This document shows positions 16,018 to 24,834 of a stretch of DNA of 25,481 nucleotides, piece after piece. Source of the stretch: an uncultured Candidatus Cloacimonadota bacterium (GTDB lineage Bacteria > Cloacimonadota > Cloacimonadia > Cloacimonadales > TCS61); the NCBI GenBank assembly GCA_964608295.1, contig CAZSOM010000001.1, positions 1-25,481 on the forward strand. Direction: 5' to 3'. The stretch's first letter is position 1. Each line of letters begins with the position of its first letter. Below the pieces are notes generated by a model. It had not been told where the DNA came from. It saw only the letters and a list, made by a program, of their open reading frames with translations, and did not search any database. The position numbers were made by a program, and so were the translations under genes.

Positions 16018-17385
16018 ATGAAACGGAATTTAATTTCAATTATATTGCTGTTACTGACTATATCATTGTTTGGTCAAACATCACTGACTTTGCAAGAAAG
16101 TGTGGAAATGGCGAAAGAGAACAACAAAGATTTGCAAAAAGCCAGGGAAGAAGTGGGCAAATACCGTCAGGAATACAACAATGTTCGTGGTAATTTGTTT
16201 CCACAGATTTCACTTTCCGGTGGATATCAGTACAAACATATGAAATATCCGGATTCTTCCCAATTGGGATTTACGTTCACCAGTTTGCTGGATTCTACAG
16301 GTTCAGATTTCGAGAATGCAGTAGCTGGAGCAGTTGATGGCATGCTTCCTAGTGACACTTCAGATGAATATTCACTGGCAGGGAAAGTCTCACTTAATCA
16401 GGTTATCTTCATGGGCGGCAAGTTGATTAATGGTATCAATGTTGCTAATAAATTATACCATTTGCAGGAGAAGAAGTATTTTCTGGATGAACAGAATTTG
16501 ATTTTTAATACAATTGATCTGTATTACAAAACTAAACTGGCAGCAGAAGTTGCCGAGATTCAAGCAGAAGCCTTGGATTTTGCCAATCTCTATTTTCAAC
16601 AGGTTGAAGATATGAATGAAGAAGGATTGGTTTCCGAATATGATCTACTGCGTGCAGAATTGGAAGTTCAAAAGCTGGAACCGGAAGTACTGGAAGCAGA
16701 AAAAAATTCTAAGCTGGCAATGGAAAGTTTTACCAACCACTTGGATATAAAAGAATCTAAATTGTTGCTTATTGATGATATTACTCTACCGGAAATGGAA
16801 GAGATTGATTTGGATAATGCAGTTGAAAGCGGTTTGAAGAATAGGATGGAAATTGAACTTTCTGAGATAGGTGTGGATGTGAGTAAGGTTTTGCTGCGTT
16901 ATGAAAAAGGTAATTTCTTGCCCAATATCGGTTTAACTGCAGATTATACTTATTTCGGAACTGATGAAGAGAAGATAGAAAGTGATGACTGGGGGAGTTC
17001 TTACCAGGTTGGATTAGGTTTTTCCATGCCGCTTTTTACTGGACTTTCTAATAGTTCCAAGATCAAAAAAGCCAAACATACCTTAAATCAATCTAAACTT
17101 GATCATAGAACTTTGCAGGAAATGATCGAGTTGGATGTACGCAATTCTTATTGGCAATGGAAAGCAGATCTGGAAAAGGTGACTACTCAGAACAGAAATG
17201 TAGAACTTGCAACGAAAGGATTAGAAATTGCCAACGCCCGATACGAAAATCAAGTTTCTAACCAATTAGAAATTATCGATGCACAACTGCAGTTGAAAGC
17301 TGCTAAACTAAGCTTTATGAATGCCAAATATGCCGCTGTGATCTCATATACAAAGTTGCGGAAAGCAATGGGCAGAGAATTATAA
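16018..17385 (+). CDS. TolC-family outer-membrane efflux channel (copy 2)
   Basis: Signal peptide, LTLQESVEMAKENN, QVIFMGGK, EGLVSEYDLLRAE, PLFTG. Confidence 0.93.
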   Translation: MKRNLISIILLLLTISLFGQTSLTLQESVEMAKENNKDLQKAREEVGKYRQEYNNVRGNLFPQISLSGGYQYKHMKYPDSSQLGFTFTSLLDSTGSDFENAVAGAVDGMLPSDTSDEYSLAGKVSLNQVIFMGGKLINGINVANKLYHLQEKKYFLDEQNLIFNTIDLYYKTKLAAEVAEIQAEALDFANLYFQQVEDMNEEGLVSEYDLLRAELEVQKLEPEVLEAEKNSKLAMESFTNHLDIKESKLLLIDDITLPEMEEIDLDNAVESGLKNRMEIELSEIGVDVSKVLLRYEKGNFLPNIGLTADYTYFGTDEEKIESDDWGSSYQVGLGFSMPLFTGLSNSSKIKKAKHTLNQSKLDHRTLQEMIELDVRNSYWQWKADLEKVTTQNRNVELATKGLEIANARYENQVSNQLEIIDAQLQLKAAKLSFMNAKYAAVISYTKLRKAMGREL

Positions 17386-17390
17386 ATTAT

Positions 17391-17504
17391 GTCTTTGCGA
17401 GTTTTTGCTCTTGCTGGAACAAACGAAACAATCTCAATTGTTAACATTGTTGGCAATACAAGATTGCTTCGAAAGAATTTCACTGTGAGGACCCTCGCAA
17501 TGAC
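17391..17504. repeat. REP/MITE-like paired palindrome (GTCATTGCGAG...CGAAGCAATCT family)
   Basis: GTCTTTGCGAG 17391-17401 pairs with CTCGCAATGAC 17494-17504, and CGAAACAATCT 17424-17434 pairs with AGATTGCTTCG 17461-17471. Confidence 0.75.
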
Positions 17505-17537
17505 AGATGAATTTAATAAAATATAAACGGAGATAAA

Positions 17538-18563
17538 ATGAAATCAAAATTAATGATTCTATCTGTACTTACAACGATGCTTTTCTTTGGTTGTGCCAAA
17601 CAGGAAAAAGCCGAATCCAAAAATATGGAACAGATCTATAAAGAAGAAGGAATTCCGGTGGAAGTACAGGTAATGCAACCAGAAATTTTCATCAAAGAAC
17701 TAACCTATAATGCCAATCTTAGTGGTATTCGTCAGTCGGCAGCGGCAGCCATGATCGGTGGCAGAATAGAAAAAGTGAACGTGAAAGTGGGAGATTATGT
17801 AACTAAAGATCAGGTGATGTTTGAATTTCCTGAAGATGCTCCTGCCGGTCAACTCACCCAGGCAAGATCTGCTTTTAAACTGGCAGAATCTACCTACAAT
17901 CGTATGAAGAATTTATATGCTAAAGGCGGCATTTCCCAGCAAGATCTGGATGGAGTGGAAACACAGTATAAAGTTGCTGAAGCTAATTTAGATGCTGTAA
18001 TGCAAATGCTGAAAGTAAGAGCACCAATCGACGGATTTGTAATCGCTGTAAACGTGCGGGAAACTGATGGTGTTCATGCAGAAGATGTTCTAGCTTTTGT
18101 ATCAGAGACTAAACAGATGAAAGCACGTATCTGGGCTACAGAAGATGAAGTGTGTCAGATCAAAAATGATCAAAATGCAACTGCTACTTGGAATAATAAA
18201 GTTCTAACCGGCAAAGTTACAGAAGTGGCAATATCAATGGATCGAAGCCACAATGCTTTTGGTGTTGACCTGGTATTTGATAATACTGAAAACCTTTGTA
18301 AAAGTAATGTTATAGGTGATATTGCCATTCAAACCTATAAAAATGAGGATGCTTTATTAGTAGCCAGGGCAAATGTTAAAAAAGATACAAACGGTTACTA
18401 TGTATATAAAATTAACGGTGAAAAAGCCCATAAATCTCCTGTGACAACCGGACTGGAAAATGATCATTTTGAAATTACAAACGGTTTGGAGATTGGTGAT
18501 AAAGTTATCATAAAGGGGTTGAACCTGGTATATGATGGAGCGAAAGTGAAGGTAGTTGATTAG
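17538..18563 (+). CDS. RND periplasmic adaptor lipoprotein (copy 2)
   Basis: GGAG RBS, lipobox FFG|C, GRIEKVNVKVGDYVTKDQ and VRAPIDGFV. Confidence 0.94.
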   Translation: MKSKLMILSVLTTMLFFGCAKQEKAESKNMEQIYKEEGIPVEVQVMQPEIFIKELTYNANLSGIRQSAAAAMIGGRIEKVNVKVGDYVTKDQVMFEFPEDAPAGQLTQARSAFKLAESTYNRMKNLYAKGGISQQDLDGVETQYKVAEANLDAVMQMLKVRAPIDGFVIAVNVRETDGVHAEDVLAFVSETKQMKARIWATEDEVCQIKNDQNATATWNNKVLTGKVTEVAISMDRSHNAFGVDLVFDNTENLCKSNVIGDIAIQTYKNEDALLVARANVKKDTNGYYVYKINGEKAHKSPVTTGLENDHFEITNGLEIGDKVIIKGLNLVYDGAKVKVVD

Positions 18564-18625
18564 ATGGCAAATAGCCTTTTGCTCTTAGCGCTATGCTTTT
18601 TATATTAAATAAGTAATCAATAACT

Positions 18626-18689
18626 GTCATTGTGAGTGGAGTCGAACCATAATGAAGGAAAATAATCCTTCGACTACGCTCAGGATGAT
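18626..18689. repeat. REP doublet (REPIN-like), GTCATCCTGAGC-x3-GTCGAA family
   Basis: 23-bp arms at 18626-18648 and 18667-18689 are inverted with 16/23 matches. Same family as 6031-6082. Confidence 0.72.
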
Positions 18690-18711
18690 AATCAGATAAA
18701 TGGAGAAATAA

Positions 18712-21700
18712 ATGTTTTTATCAAAAGTATCAATAAACAAACCGGTGATGATGACAATGGTTATCCTGGTATTCGTAGTATTTGGAACATTAGCCTACTT
18801 TGGATTATCTTTGAACCTGATGCCGGAAGCTGATATTCCTTTTGTAACTGTTCAAACTATATATGCCGGAGCTGGACCCAATGAAGTAGAGACTCTTATT
18901 ACCAAAAAAATTGAGGATGCAGTTTCTACAATCAGCAAAATAGATTATATGGAATCATATTCCATGGATAATGTTTCTATATTGATAATAGCCTTTGAAT
19001 TGGGCAAAGATATTGATGTTGCTGTGGCAGAAGTTAAGCAGAAAGTTGATGCTATAAATAGAAATTTACCTTCTGAGGCAGATAAACCAAGTGTTGATAA
19101 ATTGGATTTTACAGCTTTTCCAATTATGGAATTAATTCTCACCGGAGACCTGGACGGACGCGAACTCTATGAAATCGCAGATAAACAACTCAAGGATAGA
19201 CTTTCACAAATCGAAGGAGTAGCCAATGTTGATGTGACGGGTGGTCAGAAGAGAGAAATTCACGTGCAGCTGGATGACCGAACCGTATATCAAAATATGA
19301 TCTCGCTTCCCCAGCTTACACAAATTTTATCTGCTCATAATATGGATATGCCCGGTGGACAATTTCAGCAGAAAGATCAAGAATACTCTGTTCGATTGGA
19401 AGGCGAACTGGCTTCAATAAAGGAATTGGAAGATCTGGAAATTCCTACTGCTTTTGGCACAAAGAAATTGCATCAAATTGCCGATGTAAAAGATAGCGGT
19501 GAGGAGATTCGCAAACGTTCAATATTCTTTAATAATGCTAAGAAAGATAGAAAAGAAAATGTGATTCAGCTTTCCATCGTGAAAACTTCTGATGGAAATC
19601 CCGTCAATGTGTCGGAAGCAGTTCAAAAGGAAATTGCCAAGTTGAAGAAATCTTTACCGGCCGGAACAGAGCTTTCTATCGTCATTGATGGATCAGAGTA
19701 TATCAAAAGCTCGGTTTCCGATACCCTCAGCAATGTTTTTCTGGGGATTCTTTTTACTGGTATTGTACTTTTGTTCTTTCTGCACGATCTGCGCTCTACG
19801 CTCATTGTAGCTATAGCTATGCCAACTTCAATCATCTCTACTTTTATGGTGATGCAATGGGCAGGATTTAGTTTGAACATTTTATCTTTGATGGGGTTAT
19901 CCACTTCGGTGGGAATTTTAGTTACCAATTCTGTGGTGGTGCTGGAAAATATTTTCCGGCATAAGGAAATGGGTAACAGTCGTAGAGTAGCTGCTGATGT
20001 GGGAACAGCTGAGATCACAGTGGCAGTGATGGCATCTGCCCTAACCAATATTGTTGTATTTGTACCTTTGGCTATGATGAATACAATGATTGGTCAATTC
20101 CTGCGGGAATTTGCCCTTACAGTTGCTTTTGCTACCGTGTTCTCACTGATTATTTCATTTACACTTACTCCCATGCTGGCTTCACTGCTTATTCCAGAAA
20201 AACAAAAGAAAAATAAAATTGGTAAAACTCTAGAAGCAATGTTTCATCGTTGGGAAGCCGATTATCGCAAAACTCTGGCTTTTGTATTAAAAAATAAAGG
20301 TGTTGCGATTGCAACTACAGTACTGGCTTTCCTTATTTTTATTGGAAGCATGAGTATCTTTGGCTCAAAGTTAGGATTTGAGCTTTTCCCAAGTTCAGAT
20401 GAAGGGAACATCTCTATTGATTTTGAGCTTCCTGCTGGTTATAATCTGGATGAAACTGCGGGGAAATATGATGAAATCGAATCTGTTATTTCTCAACATC
20501 CTGAAGTGAAGCAGATCCTTACCGGCCTGGGAAGTCAGGGTAGAATCGATGAAGGTGTTAATCTAGCCACGATATACGTGATGCTGACCGATGTAGAAGA
20601 TCGCAATATTTCTACTGACGAGATGGTGAATGTTTTAATTAATGAATTATCTACAGTTTCTAATATCAAGATCAAAGTATCTCCCCAATCATCAATAGGA
20701 ACTGGAAGCTCTCCGGTTGAATTCTATTTAAAAGGTACAAATATGGAGGAACTTACAGAGATTACTGATAAATTCCTGACAGAAGCGAAAGAGATTAAAG
20801 GTCTTATAAATTTTGATAGTAATCTGAAATCTGGAAAACCTGAGATAACATTAATTCCACAGCGGGATAAATTATCAGCTGCCGGTCTTACGATTTACGA
20901 TTTGGCTCTCACTCTTAGATCTTCGGTAGAGGGCTTGAATGCATCTTCGTATCGTGAAGAAGGTGAAGAGTATGATATGATCATTTCATTGATGGATGAA
21001 TCGGTAGATTCACCGGAAGAAGTGAAGAATATTCCCGTGGTCGGTCCGATGGGTGTTTATAGATTATCTCAACTGGCTGATATTAAATTCACCAGTGGCA
21101 GTACAATGATCGTACATCGTGATAAAATTAAATCCGTCAAATTCACAGGTGATGTTGCTGCTGGATCAGTTCTGGGTAATATTGTAAATGATATACAAGC
21201 ATTGCAGGATGAGGTTGATCTACCCGAAGGTTTCAGTTTCAATTGGGGTGGAGCCAGTGAAATGATGGAAGAAAATAATCGCGAAATGGGAAAAGCTTTC
21301 ATGATAGCAATCTTGCTTACTTACATGCTGCTGGCTGCGATCCTGGAAAGTTTTACAAAACCAGTTCTGATCTTGATGACCATGCCTTTAGCTATGATCG
21401 GGGTTGTGATAAGTCTTTATTTAACCGGTCAGAATATTGGTATGATCGTGATGATGGGAATAATTATGCTGTTGGGAATTGTGGTGAATGCAGCTATTTT
21501 AATCATGGATTACACTCAGCAGTTGCGTGAACAAGGTAAAACTACCAAAGAAGCATTATTGGAAGCCGGTCCTACCAAACTGAAACCAATCCTGATGAGT
21601 GGTATTGCTATTATTTTTGGAATGCTGCCGATGGCTTTGGGAATTGGTGAATCCGGTGCAGAGATGCGTCAACCGCTTGGTATTGTTAGTATTGGAGGAA

Positions 21701-21792
21701 TTATTGTATCCACCATTATGACGCTTTACGTGATTCCAGCAATGTACTACTTTACTACCAAAAAGCATATTGAAGTAAAAGAAAGAGTATAG
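18712..21792 (+). CDS. RND efflux permease, AcrB/AcrD/AcrF family (copy 2; atypical proton-relay residues)
   Basis: 1026 aa with RND topology. TM4 GILVTNSVVVLENI, TM10 GIVVNAAI, TM11 KLKPILMS. Confidence 0.95.
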   Translation: MFLSKVSINKPVMMTMVILVFVVFGTLAYFGLSLNLMPEADIPFVTVQTIYAGAGPNEVETLITKKIEDAVSTISKIDYMESYSMDNVSILIIAFELGKDIDVAVAEVKQKVDAINRNLPSEADKPSVDKLDFTAFPIMELILTGDLDGRELYEIADKQLKDRLSQIEGVANVDVTGGQKREIHVQLDDRTVYQNMISLPQLTQILSAHNMDMPGGQFQQKDQEYSVRLEGELASIKELEDLEIPTAFGTKKLHQIADVKDSGEEIRKRSIFFNNAKKDRKENVIQLSIVKTSDGNPVNVSEAVQKEIAKLKKSLPAGTELSIVIDGSEYIKSSVSDTLSNVFLGILFTGIVLLFFLHDLRSTLIVAIAMPTSIISTFMVMQWAGFSLNILSLMGLSTSVGILVTNSVVVLENIFRHKEMGNSRRVAADVGTAEITVAVMASALTNIVVFVPLAMMNTMIGQFLREFALTVAFATVFSLIISFTLTPMLASLLIPEKQKKNKIGKTLEAMFHRWEADYRKTLAFVLKNKGVAIATTVLAFLIFIGSMSIFGSKLGFELFPSSDEGNISIDFELPAGYNLDETAGKYDEIESVISQHPEVKQILTGLGSQGRIDEGVNLATIYVMLTDVEDRNISTDEMVNVLINELSTVSNIKIKVSPQSSIGTGSSPVEFYLKGTNMEELTEITDKFLTEAKEIKGLINFDSNLKSGKPEITLIPQRDKLSAAGLTIYDLALTLRSSVEGLNASSYREEGEEYDMIISLMDESVDSPEEVKNIPVVGPMGVYRLSQLADIKFTSGSTMIVHRDKIKSVKFTGDVAAGSVLGNIVNDIQALQDEVDLPEGFSFNWGGASEMMEENNREMGKAFMIAILLTYMLLAAILESFTKPVLILMTMPLAMIGVVISLYLTGQNIGMIVMMGIIMLLGIVVNAAILIMDYTQQLREQGKTTKEALLEAGPTKLKPILMSGIAIIFGMLPMALGIGESGAEMRQPLGIVSIGGIIVSTIMTLYVIPAMYYFTTKKHIEVKERV

Positions 21793-21811
21793 AAGAACTC
21801 ACCCTTGCTAT

Positions 21812-21875
21812 TTCCCTCTCTTTTGGGTAAGCTGAGAAGTTTTCTTACAGGAAGTCAACGCGTAAAGAGAGGGAA
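21812..21875. repeat. Inverted repeat (12-bp arms)
   Basis: TTCCCTCTCTTT 21812-21823 and AAAGAGAGGGAA 21864-21875. Confidence 0.6.
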
Positions 21876-21894
21876 CATGAGACGCCGCTGAAAG

Positions 21895-21965
21895 ATGAGT
21901 TTATTTCTCGTTCCCAAATTCTGGTTTGGGAACGAGATTTATTTTGAACTCATATTTTGCAAAAT
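21895..21965. repeat. REP/MITE-like hairpin (CTCGTTCCCAAA family); may also act as a terminator for operon 2
   Basis: Perfect 12-bp stem CTCGTTCCCAAA / TTTGGGAACGAG at 21907-21936, outer arms ATGAGTT / AACTCAT, adjacent palindrome ATTTTGCAAAAT. Confidence 0.7.
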
Positions 21966-22002
21966 GCAATCTTGCAGCTTACTTTACTTACAAATTTTAC
22001 GC

Positions 22003-22028
22003 TTGACGTTTGTATACAAATATAAAAC
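22003..22028 (+). promoter_or_regulatory. Putative promoter of the M42 peptidase gene
   Basis: TTGACG at 22003-22008 and TATAAA at 22021-22026, with non-canonical spacing. Confidence 0.3.
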
Positions 22029-22093
22029 ATCCAAAATAAAAATCTAGAGGTCGTTTCCGTCTTTGTCGGAAGCCGACTAATTAAGGAGCAAAA

Positions 22094-23161
22094 ATGGAAA
22101 GAATAGAACTGCTGAAGAAACTAACCTTAACACCAGGAATTTCCGGTCATGAACATAGAGTAGCAAAAATAATGCAGGAAGAACTTGGAAGCATTTCAGA
22201 ATTCTCTAAAGACAATATGGGCTCCTGCACTTTTAAGTTGAAAGGAAGCAGCGAGAAACCAAAGATCATGTTAGTAGCTCACATGGATGAGATCGGGTTC
22301 ATCGTAGCAGATATTCTACCGAGTGGGTTCATTAAAATGCAGAATATTGGCGGTTGGAATCCTAACACATTACTTTCTTCGCCCATGGAAATTATCAATT
22401 CCAAAAGTGATAAATATCCCGGGATCATTGGTGCAATTCCGGTACATTTTCTTAAGAATAGGGAAGACTCCAAACCGGATATAAATAGTATGTTCATTGA
22501 TATTGGCGCAGATTCCAAAGAGGAAGTGGAAAGAGAATTCGGCATCCAACTGGGTGATGAAATAGTTCCAATTTCTCATTTTCATTACGATGAGAATAAA
22601 CGAAAAATGATGAGCAAAGCTTTTGACGACAGAGCCGGTGTAGCGGCAGTGATTGAGATAGGCAAGATTGCTTCAGAAATGGAACATCCGAATACAGTTT
22701 ATTGTGTGGGAAGTGTACAGGAAGAAGTTGGTACACGCGGTGCAACAACATTGGCTAATTACACTGATGCTGATGTTTGTTTTGTGCTGGAAGGCGCTCC
22801 GGCTGACGATATTCCGGGAATTCCTTTTACATCTCAAACAGGAGTTGGTAAAGGTGCTCATGTGCGGGTTTTCGATCCTACCATGATCGTGAATCCAAAA
22901 CTGAAGAATTTTGTTGCTGAATTAGCTGAGAATAACAATATTAAGATTCAGTTAACTGTGCGCAAAGGTGGTAGAACAGACGGCAGACAAATGCACACAG
23001 CTCAAAGGGGAATTCCTACAATTGTGCTGGGAATACCGGTACGTTATGCCCACAGTCATAATTGCCTGAGTAGTATGAATGACTTTGATGAACTAGTAAA
23101 ATTACTGACAGCTATTGTGCAAAATTTAGATGAGAAGAAATTGGGAGAGATATTAGGGTAA
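22094..23161 (+). CDS. M42-family metalloaminopeptidase (TET/FrvX/YsdC-like)
   Basis: AAGGAG RBS and motifs PGISGHE, VAHMDEIG, SKAFDDRAG, SVQEEVG, GGRTDG, RYAHSH. Confidence 0.94.
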   Translation: MERIELLKKLTLTPGISGHEHRVAKIMQEELGSISEFSKDNMGSCTFKLKGSSEKPKIMLVAHMDEIGFIVADILPSGFIKMQNIGGWNPNTLLSSPMEIINSKSDKYPGIIGAIPVHFLKNREDSKPDINSMFIDIGADSKEEVEREFGIQLGDEIVPISHFHYDENKRKMMSKAFDDRAGVAAVIEIGKIASEMEHPNTVYCVGSVQEEVGTRGATTLANYTDADVCFVLEGAPADDIPGIPFTSQTGVGKGAHVRVFDPTMIVNPKLKNFVAELAENNNIKIQLTVRKGGRTDGRQMHTAQRGIPTIVLGIPVRYAHSHNCLSSMNDFDELVKLLTAIVQNLDEKKLGEILG

Positions 23162-23163
23162 CG

Positions 23164-23269
23164 CTCCCCTTTAGAAGGGGAGAAACGACTTTAGCAAACC
23201 CCCTTTAGTTGCCCCTTATGAAGGGGGACAGTTAAGACAGGATGTTCTGTGTGTACAGCGAGACCCTAC
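23164..23269. repeat. Cluster of short REP-like palindromes (CCCCTT-N3/4-AAGGGG twice, plus a GCGAGACCCTAC half-site)
   Basis: CTCCCCTTTAGAAGGGGAG 23164-23182, CCCCTTATGAAGGGG 23212-23226, GCGAGACCCTAC 23258-23269. These lie between convergent genes and may double as terminators. Confidence 0.6.
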
Positions 23270-23307
23270 CAACGATAAGCTTGTTAGACGATGATTTAAA
23301 TACTGAT

Positions 23308-24612
23308 TTATGAAAGAATAGCATCATCGATTTCATTAATTAATTCCTGAAGTGTTTTATACTTCTTTTGATTGATTAAGGCTTTCATAAAACAATTTTG
23401 AGCTATTCCTAAAAAACGTTTAAATAGCTTTAAGTCATTAATAGTTTTACCATGATGAATAAATTTTGATCTTAGATCATAAGTTCTTTTAAAACAATCA
23501 ATTATTTCTTTTCTGCTTTCGAGATTATCACCTAAAAAAAATGCAAGTCTTCGACTTACTGTATCTTGAATTGGAGCACTTGAGTTATTTAATAAAAAAG
23601 TTTCTAATGAAACAAGTATATAAACCAATTTGTCTGCATAATCTGTTACTAAAGTGCACTTGGAAAAATAAACTATTGATTCAAAAAGTTTTTGCTGGTA
23701 ATTAGTTAAAGATTTTTTAAGTAATGGCTCAATTAATGGAATTGAATGCAAAATTATTTTTGCTAAAGATTTATCAATTTGCCAAAAAGGAGGTCCTTGA
23801 GATACATAGGATTCAGTTGAAGTTATTCGTTTATACATATTATCTATTTCAAGAATCTCAAGAATGTTTTTGGTGTTTTTACTATAAACTGAACAATAAG
23901 AAAGTGTTTGTGGAAAAAAAGCAGCTGGAGAAAATAAGCTTAATAGACGTAACGTATTTTCAATATCATTTACAGCTAATTCACAAGCACGATTTTGTTC
24001 AGCTGTAATAGATATTTCTGCAAAAGTTTGATTATGGATCTTTTTTAATTCTTCTATATTCGCTATTTTGTTTATATTCCAATAATCACAGAAATTCTTA
24101 TCAAATTTCTTCAAATATACTTTTCCAATTTTTAAATCAGAACTTAATATTATTGAAGGTAAAGGAATCCATATTATTCGATTCTTTATATCTTGTTCTG
24201 ACTTTTGTGATAAATATTCTATAAAATTCATGAAATCAGCATTTTTTCGTTTATTTATTATCCATTTATTGAATTTATTTTCGATATATTGTTTACTTAA
24301 AAAATTAGAAATTTTTTTTAGCTTAAATATCTTTTCTAATAACTGACTAAACGTTTTGTAATTATTTTGATCAATTTGGATTTCTTCATTTTTCTCCGTT
24401 AAAGTAATAGACTTCTTATTACCAAAGTGATCTGTTTCATATGTACATAATCCTTTAATATCTTTAGGATCAATTATTGTTACATATTCAGTATCATTTG
24501 AAACAGTTTTCTTTGATCTTGATTTTTTCTTTGATACAATTAAATTAGAAAATATTTCATTTGCTATATTATTGAAATTCTCTAATGCTTTAGAATGAAA
24601 TTCTAATTTCAT
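23308..24612 (-). CDS. ApeA-like HEPN-domain protein (putative defence or toxin RNase)
   Basis: GGAG RBS favours ATG 24612 over TTG 24624. The C-terminal helical region contains LVSLETFL and YDL-RSKFIH-HG (RxxxxH at 23455-23472). The gene is visibly more AT-rich than its neighbours and in the opposite orientation. Confidence 0.78.
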   Translation of the reverse strand: MKLEFHSKALENFNNIANEIFSNLIVSKKKSRSKKTVSNDTEYVTIIDPKDIKGLCTYETDHFGNKKSITLTEKNEEIQIDQNNYKTFSQLLEKIFKLKKISNFLSKQYIENKFNKWIINKRKNADFMNFIEYLSQKSEQDIKNRIIWIPLPSIILSSDLKIGKVYLKKFDKNFCDYWNINKIANIEELKKIHNQTFAEISITAEQNRACELAVNDIENTLRLLSLFSPAAFFPQTLSYCSVYSKNTKNILEILEIDNMYKRITSTESYVSQGPPFWQIDKSLAKIILHSIPLIEPLLKKSLTNYQQKLFESIVYFSKCTLVTDYADKLVYILVSLETFLLNNSSAPIQDTVSRRLAFFLGDNLESRKEIIDCFKRTYDLRSKFIHHGKTINDLKLFKRFLGIAQNCFMKALINQKKYKTLQELINEIDDAILS

Positions 24613-24757
24613 TTTTATCTCCAAGTAGTTAGTTGCTTCTTTTAATATTAAATGCCAGTAATATCTGCATCACGCCTTTTCAATTCCATTCAGAATTTCT
24701 TTTTAATAATTCCTGAACCTAAATTTCGGACATATTATATCAAAATAAAAAATATAT

Positions 24758-24803
24758 TTGACAAAAATAGCACAAAATAATTTATACATACTGAACGGTC
24801 GGT
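24758..24803 (+). promoter_or_regulatory. Promoter (TTGACA 24758-24763) and TetR-type operator ACTGAACGGTCGGT (24790-24803)
   Basis: The operator differs at 2 positions from the perfect palindrome ACCGACCGGTCGGT and lies immediately upstream of a TetR gene. Confidence 0.55.
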
Positions 24804-24834
24804 TTATAAATTGATCGATTGATTAGGAGGTGTC

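Noticed and set aside
17250-17483. Minus-strand 77-aa ORF crossing the tolC end and the REP element
   Set aside because: It overlaps tolC antisense and is otherwise made of repeat sequence, with no family features.
18564-18600. Small hairpin and TAGCGCTA palindrome after the second MFP gene
   Set aside because: The stems are too short to support a terminator or repeat call.
21942-21970. Possible fifth copy of the TTTTGAAC operator
   Set aside because: The left arm is perfect but the right arm at 13-bp spacing matches only 3/8, and it lies inside a REP-like element.
22786-22794. Glu instead of Asp at one metal-ligand position of the M42 peptidase (VLEG)
   Set aside because: This is a conservative change that I recall in other M42 members, and all other ligands are intact.
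245-22886. Short alternative-frame and antisense ORFs in the track (e.g. 245-442, 964-1188, 1265-1504, 3254-3499, 3861-4058, 4242-4502, 7651-7938, 9958-10329, 12703-13113, 19623-20048, 22279-22545, 22494-22751)
   Set aside because: They lie within or opposite well-supported genes and show no recognisable motifs or convincing RBS. They are typical shadow ORFs.
23262-23307. Integron attC-like inverse core (GTCTAAC on the minus strand, 23283-23289) just downstream of the HEPN stop
   Set aside because: It is a single 7-bp match. No L boxes, no properly spaced GTTRRRY, no other cassettes and no integrase are present. An IntegronFinder run could revisit it.
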